64,000 nucleotides of DNA from Eledone cirrhosa (taxonomy: Eukaryota). Below are positions 13,246 to 25,453 of this stretch, piece by piece. How positions within the stretch are numbered: position 1 is the stretch's first letter; each line of letters begins with the position of its first letter. Location: contig OZ024740.1 of NCBI GenBank assembly GCA_964016885.1, positions 417,880,001 to 417,944,000 on the forward strand, in the 5' to 3' direction. Below the pieces are notes generated by a model, which was not told where the DNA came from, ran no database searches, and saw only the letters and a list, made by a program, of their open reading frames with translations. Position numbers and translations under genes: made by a program.

Positions 13246-14200
13246 CCTGCTACTCAATAATAAAAATTGAAAACATTTATCACTTTTATTGAGGTGAGGT
13301 TTATTTTGAAACTCGTGATTCACTATAACATTCAAGTTTCTTCCTAGAGAATCAGTGGATTGTGTGGGATTACTTGTTTCATTAGGAATTGAACCTGTAT
13401 TACTGATACTGACCAGGTTGCTGGGAGCTTACCACCTATATCGCTCCACGATATAATACTTAAATTTTTTTTCCTGAATTTGCATGGCTTTGCATTTTCT
13501 CTTTTTTTTTTTCTCTTTTATTTATTATTGTATTATAAAACTGAAATCGGAGCCAAAAATAAAACATAAAAATAAAATTGCCTGAAGTATTGAGAAGATA
13601 GAGAGAAAGTGTATTATTTATAATGATGTGCAGCCTGGTAAGTCGGCTGGAACAGGAAGAAATGTTAGTAAAGCTATAGCTGATACACTGAGATGTTATC
13701 GCAAACAACATCAAGGACTCATATCATAGACTGCTGCAAATACTGTTCCCAATAGATCTCTCGAGTTTCATGTCGATAGTATGGCGACAGGAGGCAAGTG
13801 GAAATATTAGTTAGGCATCAGTATGTCTCTTTTTTGTTATTCTACTGTCTACCTATTGATTTAAACATAATACGTATCACTTCGCTGTTTGAATCTCAAA
13901 GTTATACGGCTGTTGGCAGCAGAAACGACCAAAATTTAGTATGTAGTTATGGTTTGTATCTAAAGATAACACTTTGATTAGAATGCATTTGATATAATCA
14001 GCCCACAATGAATTATATATGTACGAGTATCTATGCAGACGATAGTGTGGCACAGGCAAGCATATGTATATGTATGCATGAAAAAGATTTTAAATATATG
14101 TGTGTGAATATATGTATGCAGACGATAGTGTGCGCGCAGGCGTAAATGTGTATTTGTGTTAGGAAGCAAGCATATATATATATATATATATACATGTGTA

Positions 14201-14271
<71 letters not shown>

Positions 14272-14657
14272 ATGAAAAAGATTTTAAATATATGTATGTG
14301 AATATATCTGTGTGTGAAAACAAAAGGATTCTGCCCCAGGTTATGTACACAGGCGGTGTGTTTTCTCTCACTCGCTGGAAGATAAAATATATGTAAAATA
14401 ATTGCTGTTTCATTATCAACTCTTCATAAATATTTTTCAAACAGAAAATAAAAATGGAAAATGAAACACTTGATTAACTTGTATCAATTTATTCATTAAA
14501 CCCAAACCAACCTTACTTTGATTGTTTCTTTTGTGGTGGTTCGATAAACGAGAAGGAAATCATTTCACCGTTAATCTATATTTTCAGTTTTTTATATTCT
14601 ACTTAAATAATTATTAGTTTCCAATAGACAGAGCTATAAATATACACCCACCTCCCG

Positions 14658-14739
<82 letters not shown>

Positions 14740-15211
14740 AGTATGTATGTATACGTACATACATATATGTATACAGACGTACAGTAGCATGCATATATAT
14801 ATATATACAGGTACACATATATATATGTACGTATCAGTTTAGTGAACGTTTATTATAACGCCCGCTTTTGTTCGTTTGTAAACAAGCGAACAGCCTGATT
14901 TATGCCATACGGTGTTAAGGCAACCACGTCACCTTTTTGTTCAACACTGGCACAGGAACGATGTACTAGTTTCAAGCTTGTTAGCTATCATCAGCACCGT
15001 ATACCCTTCTGCCAGATAGTTGAACGTTCGAAAGTATATACTTTCCTTATGAAAATTAACGGCTGAGCAGCCTAATTTGCATATCGAGTGAGTTAAGTCG
15101 GTCAGGCGTACCGAAAACGATAAGTTGTAATATAATGAAACATACATACTTACATTTAAGTAAGTGCCGTACTAAGAGTGAGAAATGAAATTTCGTTTCA
15201 TTATATTACAA

Positions 15212-15281
<70 letters not shown>

Positions 15282-15393
15282 TAAACGGAAAAGAAAATGC
15301 TGGCAAATTGTTCACAGTGAAAAATAGTTTAATTAGGAATAAGTGAAAATTAGTAATAGTATTGGTTAGTATTCAGTTTTGGTTTTAAGTTTT

Positions 15394-15423
15394 ACCGGTT
15401 GCGCATTTCTAATGCTTTTCAAA
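15394..15423 (-). ncRNA. Degenerate minimal hammerhead ribozyme in the PLE 3' terminal region
   Basis: - strand TTGAAAA-GCATT-aga-AATGC-GCAA-CCGGT vs consensus CTGANGA-stemII-GAAA-palindromic stem III; three core substitutions. Confidence 0.45.
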
Positions 15424-15683
15424 AATAATTTTGAGATAGAGCGTCCGTGATGTTTGCTCTAATCTGGTTAGTTTTGGAAATTCTACCTGTTTTTATGTGA
15501 AAAAAGTGGCTCCAGAGGTATTAAAATAAGTTTCGCGCCAATTCGTGTTGCAAAAATTCTTGTGGTCAAAACAATTTTGATTGGTCGGTAGAGGTCATGT
15601 GAATGTTAAAAATTGATTTTCGCCAAATGTAGGTTTGTGTCGGCTGATTGAGAAGTCACTGAAAAATAAGTCTTTCAAAACAA

Positions 15684-15729
<46 letters not shown>

Positions 15730-15819
15730 TAGTAGTAAAGAAGTTCGTTGTTGTGATAATGGTCTGCAGGGATATGTGTGCGAACCGCAGCCTGTTGACA
15801 GTTCAAATGCCTATTAAGA

Positions 15820-15884
<65 letters not shown>

Positions 15885-16503
15885 CAGAATAATTCGTGGT
15901 AGAGGGATGGTCAGTAGGAATGTGTCTGTAAGTGTGTGGGGGATATTTTAACATGTTAAAAGATATTTTTCAACTCTTGTCTTATACGGAGAAGTGTGTG
16001 TGTGTGTATGTCCCTTTGTATGTTAATGTATGTGTGTGTGTATATATGTGTGTGTGTGTGTATATATGTGTGTGTGTGGGGGGGGGGGCAGTATTTTTGT
16101 GATACTTTCGATATTTTCAGTAAAAACGATTCTCTCAATAGAACATCAAAAACCTTAATAATAAAAGGTGTGAAATGATATATAGTATTGGCATAATACC
16201 AAGGTGTGTGTGTGAGTGTCCAGATTGTACGTACTGCAAGGGGAATCCATTAGGCCTTGCCGTATTGGAATACTTGTGTACAAATATGTATGTGCCCATC
16301 AGTGTGCAATGCATGTGTGCGTTTATGTATGTGTGTGTGTCGGCACGTTTATATCTATAGACATCAAAAGGTATACAAATTTGTGTATATTTGTGTTGCA
16401 CCATAGAACATGTGTGTTTACGTATGTCATTGTGTTTATATGTGGATAGAGATGTATGCTGATGTAGGTATGTATGTTGACGTGTGTATGTTGTGGGTTC
16501 GTC

Positions 16504-16968
16504 TTAGGGAGAAGTGTTTAGACGGGGTCCGTATTTGTTAATAAAGTAAGATTCCTTGCTGATGCGCTGGGTGTGGGTGGCATTATCTTTAAATTTGTAG
16601 AGGGGAAAGATTCTGAAGTTAGGATGATTTTGGGTGGCACAGGTATCAATGTGTTCACTCAGTGGCATTTTCCTGTATTCCCGTATTTTAATTTGGGATC
16701 TATGGACAGTCATGCGTTGGCGGAGGCTGTTTTTGGTCTGGCCTATGTATTGTTCTCGACAACCTGAGCAAGTTAATACATATATTAGATTTTCTGATGC
16801 GCATGTGAAATTGTGTTTTACTATAAAACGTTGTCCTTCTTTGAAATAGAATTCCGAACCCTCTATTAGGTTGATGCATATGCCACAGTTGGGTCTATCG
16901 CATTTTTTTACTGTGGGTTTCGTTGTTGTTGTTGGCAGTACTTTGGCATGTGTTAGGATGTTTTTCAT
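16504..16968 (-). pseudogene. GIY-YIG endonuclease domain of the Penelope-like element
   Basis: NLIYVLTCSGCREQYIGQTKNSLRQRMTVH...KESYFI...PRLN; in frame with RT but separated by one TAA. Confidence 0.92.
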
Positions 16969-18730
16969 TTACTTAGATTGTCTTTTGCTCTTTATGATAT
17001 CGTGTGTTCGTAGGATTTGGTTCATTCTATGGTCCTTTTTCAACACAGGGATGTTCTGGAGGATGGTGTCAAAGGCCTCATTATTGAGGGGGTTGTGTGT
17101 GGAGATGTATGGAAGAGCTTTTAGTTTCGGTTGTTTTACTTTAGGGTGTCTAAGGTCCTGGGTACTGAGTTTTAGGGCACGTTGGATTCCATTGTCAATT
17201 AGTGATGCAGGGTAGTCCCTGCCTATGAGTGTGTCCTTTAGTTCTTGTAGCCGTAAGTGGCAGGTGTTTTTATTGGAGACTATAGTACAGATTCTCTTGG
17301 CTAAGTTGTAGGGAATATTAATTTTAACGTGTCTAGGGTGGCAAGAGTTGAAAGGAAGATATTGCTTGGAGTCTGTGGGCTTGTAGTATATGTCTGTTTC
17401 TATTTTTTTGTTATGAATCTTAATGAGGATGTCGAGGAAAGGGAGTTGTTGATGGCTGTATTCCATCGTGAAGTTAATATTCGTGTTGAGCCCATTTATA
17501 AGGGTGTGAAATTCTTTAAGTTTCTCGATGTTTTCGTGCCAAAGGATGAAACAGTCATCTAGATATCGCTTCCAGTTCCTTTCTATGTGTAAGTGGAGAG
17601 TGTTTCCAAATTTGTTTAGGACTTTAGTGTAGAGGGTGATTTCCAGGTATCCCATGACTAGGTTGGCATAAGTGGGGGCTGTTTTCGTTCCCATAGCGGT
17701 CCCAGATTTCTGCCTGTAGGGTTTGTTATTGAAAACGAAGTAATTGTTCTCCAAGAAAAATTTGAGTCCCTCTATCACGAATTCTTTTTTGATGCGTTGT
17801 GGGAGTTCATTGTGGTAATTATCCAGCCAGAATTGAATAGCTTCTATTACTAGGTTGTGGGGGATGTTGGAGTATAGGTTGACTACATCGAATGTCACTA
17901 GTAGGGTTTGTTCAGAAAGGGGCATATTAGGGAGGTGATTGAGCATATCTAGTTCGTCCCTTATATAGCTTTTGATGTGTTTGAGAAAAGGCTTGAGAAG
18001 GGTATCAATGAAGTTGCTAAGACGGTGAGTTTCGCAAGCGGGGCCTGCTATTATAGGTCTTAATTTGAGATCATTGGGTGAGGGGACATTGATGACTATG
18101 TCTGTGGCTTCCTTGCATGCCATACTTATTGATTCGCTTTTATGTACTTTAGGGATACCGTAGAAAAGGCTGGATTTACTTGTGAAGTCTGTGATGAAGT
18201 TGAATTCCTTGTTAGTGAGTCCTTCTTTGTATTGGTTGATCAGAGTTTTTAAGTTTCTCATAATTTTCTGTTGATTGTAGTGTTCAGCCTTTTCGTAGTA
18301 TGTTTCGTTTTCCAAAGTGGAGAGCGCTAAGTTGATATAGAATTCTGTCTCCATTTATCAGCCTCTTTAATTGTAATGGTTCTGTCGGTTTTTAATCTAT
18401 TTAATTCTTCCCATTCTTTCTTGTTGAGGTTTGGCTTGTGTTTTTGTCTGTGCAAGTGTTGGTAAGGGAAGTTTGTGATGTGTTCACAGAATTCGTCCTG
18501 GATTTTATTTCTACCTTTTGATGGGGTGTAATTGCTTCTATTTCTGGCTAATGATTCATCCTCATTGTAGTGGTCGAATAGTTCTTCACTGAGTCGTAAC
18601 TTTTTACATAAGTCTGTTTCATAGTAGTTAGGACGTAGTGGGGTCGGTGTGAATTTAAGACCTTTGGAGAGTAAGTTGATAAGGTTGGGTGTTGGTTCTG
18701 CACTAGTTAGATTGATAATTTTTATTACTC
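16969..18730 (-). pseudogene. Penelope-like reverse transcriptase (frameshifted near 18355)
   Basis: FYGIPKVHK, LRPIIAG, TFDVVNLYSNIP, GTAMGTKTAPTYANL, WKRYLDDCF, LPFLDI, YYKPTD, SCHPRH; the upstream frame ends TIKEADK and jumps to METEFY via a small deletion. Confidence 0.92.
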
Positions 18731-19148
18731 TCGGTTTCTCCTCCCTGTCTTGTGTTATTTTGTTTGCCTGTATCTGTGTGCTGTGTCTAAAAAATGGTTG
18801 GAGTAGAGGGGTTGTCTGCTGATGTTAAGTGGTCTCCTGTGTTTGTTATATTCCTTGTTGTTGTAAAATGTTGTTCGGATTCGTGGTTGTAGATTGAATG
18901 GGGTGTTCCTGTATTGCGAGTATGGATGTGTGTTTCTATGTGCCATGTTGGATTGTGGTGTTATAGGTGGCCTACGTTGTTGGTTGTATCGTGTGGTGTG
19001 GGTTTGTTGTGTATTGTGGAAGCGAGAGTTGAGAAAATGGAAATTACCTTGCTGTCTCCTTGGAGCGGGGAAGTTGTTACATCTATCATGGTGGTGGTAT
19101 CTTTTCCCTATGTTTGACGATGAGGCATCCGCGTAGTAGTTGAGTGAT

Positions 19149-19243
<95 letters not shown>

Positions 19244-19717
19244 TATATTTGGCAATATACTGTATGTTTAATTAAAAACATTTAGAAGACCATTCGCTAT
19301 GAGTTTTAAAGTAGTGACTATGTCACTTATTTATCTGGAATTCTATAAGAATCCAGCCTGTATAATTCTCGGCAAAGGCAACTGAGTGTGTGGTCTTGAT
19401 AAACGCTCACAAGCGAGAAACAGACTGTCTGTCGGCCGCTCTCTGTTGTTTTTGCCGAGAATAAGTACAAGTCTGTCATCATAAAAACGTGAACTGTCTT
19501 CGATAGTAAGGATGATTCTAAAATGTAGTTCTTATCTGCCCTAGACCATACGCCTTCACTTATAAAAGAAATGGTGTTAGAAGATAATGTGACAAGCACA
19601 GAGGCATTACCTTACTGTTAGTTGTTAGCAATACTTTGTCAAGTATTCTACTAAATAAAAAATCTCTTTTAGTTTATGTCCTTCCTGATTCACATTCTGG
19701 CTTCCGTTCCTTTAGGA

Positions 19718-22353
19718 CAGGGGTCGGCAACCTTTTGGGGAGAGAGGGCCAAAAAGCTATGCAGTCTCATGGAGGAGGGCCATGTTATTAAATATGTAAA
19801 TAAATTTTCTGGAGGTTTAAAGTAAAACAAGGAATTTAATATAATTTTATTTTAACAAAGCCCCTTATTTTACTGCAGGAATAACAACAACAAAAAAAAA
19901 AGAAAAAAACTACAAACACATTCACTAAAAAAAAAAAGCAAATTCCTTATTTTACTGCAGGAATAACAGAAAAACAACTACTATCACAATCAACAAAAAA
20001 AAAGCAAATTCCTTGCTACAAACGAAATACAATTAGAAATGGTAAATGATTTAATGAGACACTTGTTTCTGCTTATTGTGCGACTTCTCCACATCAGGTG
20101 AAATATTTGTCGATGACAGGAGCAAAACATCATCCAGGTGGTCGTCACGCAACCTTGTTCTTAAATGACTTTTAGTATATTTCATTTTGGAAAAAAGTTG
20201 TTCAAAGGCATATGTACTTCCAAATAATGATATCATCAGTTTCGCATTAGTCAAGATGTTTTTATATTTTCCGCTTGGCAATATATATTTCTTGTAGAAG
20301 TCAGCAGTGGATTCGAACTGAAATTTCGATTTCAAAGATTCGTCGCACTGTAAGTCAATTAACTCCAACTGATATTCTTCTGCCACTTGCTCCACATCTG
20401 TTGCGTAAGGAGTACCAAATAACTTAAATAGAGTTCCATATTGCCGGAAGTTAGCAAACCGAGAGGAAAACTCGCTTCTCAAATCCTTAATAGAGCTCAC
20501 AAAGATGTCTGGTATTATATCTTTCTTGTGATTTTGGAGACTTGGGAAATGAGAATAGTTTCCTTTTTGAAGTTGTGATTCTCACAGTCGAAGTTTTCTC
20601 TCAAAAGCAGTAATTTTACCAAACATCTCAAATACAACCTTGTTCTTTCCTTGAAGCTCAAGATTCAAAGTGTTCATGCGTGTCGTGATGTCCACTATAA
20701 AAGCTAACTTGACAACCCACTGTGGATCCTGAAAGTAAGAATTATCTTGGTCTTTGCTCTCTAAAAACATAGAAATCTCTTCTCTCAATGCATATACTCG
20801 TTCTATCATCTTTCCGCGGATAAGCCTTCGAACATTTGAAAAATATGTAAGGTCGCCATACTCTGCTTCAATTGGTTTTAGAAATTCTTGAAACTGGCGG
20901 TGATTTAGTCCTCTTGACAGTATACAATTCACTGTTTTCACGACCACTGCCATGATGTCCTTAAAATTCAGTGACTTTGTACATAATGCTTCTTGATGAA
21001 TAATGCAATGAAGTTTGATTAGTTTTTGATCAATACCGATGTGGTTTTGGAGCAATGCAACAAACCCCTATTTCTCTCCAACCATTGCTGGTGCTCCATC
21101 TGTGATTACTCCAGAAAGCTTTGATAAATCCAGATTCATTTCGGTAATCCATTTTATTATGCTTTCCAAAATATCTGCTCCAGTGCTAGTGTCCTTCATA
21201 GGAATCAATTGTACAAATTCTTCCACAATATCAAATGTTGGTTTTACATCCCTCACAAACACTGCAAGTTGACAAGTATCCTTCATATCTGTGGTTTCAT
21301 CGATAGCAATGGAATAATACTCCAGATTATTTAAAATGCCCTCCAAGCCACTTCTGACATTTGCTGCCAGCTCTTCAATTCGCCTTGTTACTGTTCTTAC
21401 CGATAAGCTGATCGCAGAAAATAATTCACTTTTTTCTGGACAAACAACATCTGCTACCTTCAACAATAATTCTTTGAAGAAATCTCCATCAGTAAAAGGT
21501 TTCATCCTTTCTGCAATTAGTTTTGACACCTCGTAGCTAGCACGAATTTTACGGTCACTTTCTTTAACTTTTCTAGTGAAAAAGGATGATTGCTTTGTTA
21601 CATTATTTCTCAGCCGTGCAACTTCGTTTTTCCAGTAAATTATTGTTGTAATGATTATGATGAGTTTCATAGTGCCGTTTAATATTTGAAACTTTCTTCA
21701 CGGCAATGGTTTCTTGACAAATTAAGCAAACACATTTTCCGAAGTGCTCAATGAAAAAATAGCTAAGTGTCCAGCCATCGTTAAAAGTTCGGCACACCAA
21801 ATCCACTTTTTTTTCTTAGCTTCCATGGGCTTGTTTTTGTTCAAACAAAAAAGATTTATGGAAAGGAAAAAGAACAAAAAGTATAATAATCAGAATGAAG
21901 AAATAAGAAACAATGAAAACAAATGTAAATGCAAATACAGTAATGCGATAAAATATGATAATTGTGAATAAATTATATAAAACCAGGTTTCTAACGACGT
22001 TGTTAGATCAGGGTTGCCATTTGTTTTTTTAAAACCACTTCTGGCCTAATTCTAATAATAATAATTCACACAATTTATCACAAATAATTAAATAAACGCT
22101 ATTATCGAATAAAGATACCTACTGAATAGTTGTTATACCGCCAGACAACAAACTCAAATGAAAATACTCTAGGGAGGAGGGAACGAAGTAATTTTTCCAA
22201 GGACAGCTTTACCACCATATTTACTTGGACTGTCAGCTTCCTGATGATTTCTCACGAATGAAACAGTTCTAGTCTTGTAGAAGCTTTTCTATATTAAACA
22301 TGTATACTCTGCACTGTATTGAGTACCTTACTTACTGAGGTTGCCCCCGATTG
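19718..22353 (-). mobile_element. hAT transposon (Charlie/SPIN/GTF2IRD2-like), decayed; right boundary approximate
   Basis: Terminus caggggtcggcaacc at 19718; only a partial match ggttgcc at ~22339 on the other side; contains the transposase pseudogene. Confidence 0.75.
20051..21826 (-). pseudogene. hAT transposase (GTF2IRD2/SPIN-like) broken into four ORF fragments
   Basis: BED-like CLIC...KRHYETHH, KPFTDG, SIAIDETTD, TDGAPAM, HCIIHQEALC, FGSTY.FEQLFSKMK..KS..R..L.D dimerisation motif; stops and frameshifts between fragments. Confidence 0.93.
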
Positions 22354-22365
22354 AACCCGGGATAA

Positions 22366-22429
<64 letters not shown>

Positions 22430-22454
22430 GAAAGTGAACAACACAATATATAAC

Positions 22455-22525
22455 TACTCCATTACCAAAGGTTTCAGGACCCTAGACAATATTAACATAT
22501 GTCTAGATCGTTCATCAGACAGGGG
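22455..22525 (-). ncRNA. Type-I hammerhead ribozyme candidate
   Basis: - strand cccctgt-CTGATGA-acgatctagaca...tgtctagggtcct-GAAA-cc-ttt-gg-TA-atggagt; intact core boxes, stem II (ctagaca/tgtctag), short stem III, GUA triplet, imperfect stem I. Confidence 0.65.
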
Positions 22526-22692
22526 TTATGAATTGAAAATATGAAATGAGATTTTAAATCTGTTAAAAGTTGGAAGTGACATTGGAAAAATAACGGAAAA
22601 TATACATAAGAAAAAAGTAATATAGAAAAATGATATAGAAAATTATAAAAGTACATGTGTATATACATATATACACATAATATATATATATG

Positions 22693-22783
<91 letters not shown>

Positions 22784-22894
22784 CCACAATGAACTCATAA
22801 CATCAAGTTCATATGAGGATATGTCACTAGCTTTAAACCAAATATTGTATTTTATCTGACGAAAGCGTACCAAAATATTGGTAACCTTGAAATA

Positions 22895-24581
22895 TCTTTA
22901 TATATATAAAAGCGAGGATGTGTGTGTGTCTGTGTACAACTTTGGATACCTAAGGCTTTTACAATTACCAACCGAATTTGACCAAATTTTCTGTGCACGT
23001 TGCACGTGTCGCTAAGATGGTCACATCACAAACATTTTTCCAATCGACCCACGTTGAGCAATAACAAATCTATATCAAAATTATCGGTAGCAAAATTGAT
23101 GTAAGGGAGATAACCAACTTTATTGACGATCCTTATAAAGAGAGACCTTCGTTTTCAATTTTAAAATAACAATCATTGTCGGACGAATTTTCAGAAATAT
23201 AAACATCAGATTCATTTGAAGATAAATCACTAATATTATCGTTTGTTTCTTGTTTATTCTTTGTTGCACTTTCAAAGTTAAAAAAAACACGTTGTTTTAA
23301 CTTGTTTCACTATATTAAGTGTTAATTTTCGTGGTAAGGGCCTAATCTCGCAGCAGTCTCGAATTGAGGAGATTTTGATGATGGTTTGTTTAATTTTAGA
23401 ACAATCCTTATGGGACTTTCCATTCAAACCATTGGGACCTACAGCTTTTACATTTTTAAAGTAATTTCGTCCACATTTGAGGCAGGCATTATCTATGCTT
23501 CCAGCTGTATTCGTACACATCAAACTTTTTTGACAATGAAGGAACATACTGAACAGGATTCTTCCTGGATGTCCACGGATATATAAATCTATTGATACTG
23601 TACGTGATCCATAGGATGCGGTCAACTATCGAGTTGAATTTCTAAATTCTTTAAATCCTCCTGGTTTTCCTCCTAATACATTGGTTCTGAAAGAGGGAAC
23701 GCCAGTTATTTTGCTGAGAAATATCACTCCTCCAAAACTATGCAATGGTACACGCCTTGTGGTTAAAAAACTGTCTCCACTTAGTATTGACGCTACCATT
23801 CTATTCGGATGTGGAAAAGGCGAGGATGTGATAATAACAAAAATTAGCCTGGCTACATCAGGCGTGGATACTCCCTTCTCCTTTCGCCAAACCCAATTTC
23901 CCCTTCGTGTTGCCTTTGCCATGTCCATAAACAAGTCGCAAGGTCAAACTCTGTCCGTCACTGGAATTCACTTGGATGAACCTTGCTTTTCGCACGGACA
24001 ATTCTACGTTGCCTCCTCACGAGTTGGCAGTCGAGATAATCTCTTTGCGTTTGTTCCGAAAAGAAAAACAAAGAATATCGTCTATCCTGAAGTGCTTTAG
24101 TGTTAACAAAAAAACTTATTACAGCTCTGTCTTGACTTCACCTTACTCATTACAAAACATACCAATGAATATGTCATGCAGGATATTTTGGATTATAAGT
24201 TCAAAATTTAACCATACACAGCAAAGGATGCTCTCAAAGAATAGATTTTCTCTTATTCTACTCTCATTGTTTTTTTTTTGTTTCTATAGAACTCTGCTTT
24301 CATTACACTTTTTGTACTTTAGCAAAACTGCCTGTTTTTTTAACAGATTTGCAACGTGTATTGTCTTTAATCATTTGTATAACTACATCCTGTTCAGTAT
24401 TTTCCTTCATTATCAACATAGTTTTATGTGTACAAAGATTGCACTAAATATTCGTTTGCATTAATTATTGAAGACTTCTGCTTATTTTGACAGGCTGGGG
24501 ACAAATAATGTTCTTTTACTTCCTAGCTGTAAATTCTTAGCATAATTTCAAACCCCGAGCAACGCCGGATAAATCTGCTAG
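22895..24581 (+). mobile_element. Non-autonomous Helitron with both termini
   Basis: A|TCtttatatatataaaa 5' end at 22895; 3' GC-rich hairpin ccccgagcaacgccgg then CTAG|T at 24578-24582; contains a PIF1 helicase fragment. Confidence 0.88.
23582..24100 (+). pseudogene. Helitron RepHel C-terminal PIF1-family helicase fragment
   Basis: [66 protein letters not shown]; in-frame TAG at ~23612. Confidence 0.92.
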
Positions 24582-24635
24582 TGTATAATAAAATAAATAT
24601 GGTTTTATAAAGATATTTTCCATTTATTAATATTA

Positions 24636-24673
24636 CTAGCAGAAAAACCACCCTACGGGTGGTTTTCTGCTAG
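24636..24673. repeat. 38-bp near-perfect palindrome resembling two Helitron 3' ends
   Basis: ctagcagaaaaaccaccc-tac-gggtggttttctgctag. Confidence 0.85.
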
Positions 24674-24687
24674 CATGTGTAGTGTGT

Positions 24688-25354
24688 ATATCAATCTTAA
24701 CTATAATAAGGAAAGGAGTGCGGGATTGCGTCCAGAATATATTTTACACAAATATATATGCATATAGATATGATACATCAAATGCGTCCAGTATATTATA
24801 CACAAATATATATGCATGTAGATATGATACATCAAATGCGTCCAGTATATTATACACAAATATATATGCATGTAGATATGATACATCAAATGCGTCCAGT
24901 ATATTATACACAAATATATATGCATGTAGATATGATACATCAAATGAAATCGTAATTGACAATATACACAGAAATTGAACGAAGTCTATGTTACACTTTC
25001 TTCTGTAATCAGTAACGTAATCCATGATACATTTAAAAAAAAGACGATATTATTTATAAACTGCATTCGGAGAAAATTAGCGACGGAAATATATGCGATT
25101 TTTTATAAGTGTTATAATATAACGGCCGCTAACCGGAAGTGTTGACATTTGTAAATTTTAAAGAAGTGAATTTTAATGGTCTTTAAATAAGCTATAAAAT
25201 ATATTTAATCAACAGCCACGAAATTTAGCACATAAATTATGTAATATTCATTCATTATTTATTCAAAGTAATCCAACTTATTTTACAAACGGGGTAAAAA
25301 AAAATATATTCTGGACGCAATCCCGCACTCCTTTCCTTATTATAGTTAAGATTG

Positions 25355-25358
<4 letters not shown>
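24688..25358. mobile_element. MITE-like element with perfect 58-bp terminal inverted repeats and an internal 54-bp x ~4 tandem repeat
   Basis: 24688-24745 is the exact reverse complement of 25301-25358; the 54-bp unit tgcgtccagtatattatacacaaatatatatgcatgtagatatgatacatcaaa spans ~24727-24946. Confidence 0.85.
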
Positions 25359-25408
<50 letters not shown>

Positions 25409-25453
25409 CAAAATAAACGGAGGAGAAGGCAATACATTCAAAAACAAAATTTA

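Larger units (their letters stand above)
15279..19145 (-). mobile_element. Penelope-like retroelement (RT followed by C-terminal GIY-YIG, Neptune-like), decayed, flanked by (TA)n/(TG)n
   Basis: N-terminal LLSKGLKFTPTP and TIKEADK motifs, RT core, CDRPNCGIC linker, GIY-YIG domain, long 3' UTR with a degenerate hammerhead; microsatellites at both ends. Confidence 0.9.

Noticed and set aside
14736-15154. 15-bp complement between 14736-14750 and 15140-15154 as a DIRS circle-junction signature
   Set aside because: Order is not that of a circle junction, and the match is mostly low-complexity tatg repeat
16969-16971. Programmed readthrough or selenocysteine between RT and endonuclease
   Set aside because: The codon is TAA, not TGA, and the element has another disabling lesion; most likely a nonsense mutation
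19327-19599. 90-aa ORF as host exon
   Set aside because: No recognisable motif or supporting gene structure
22339-22361. Intact right TIR/TSD of the hAT transposon
   Set aside because: Only ggttgcc matches the left terminus and the flanking 8-mers differ
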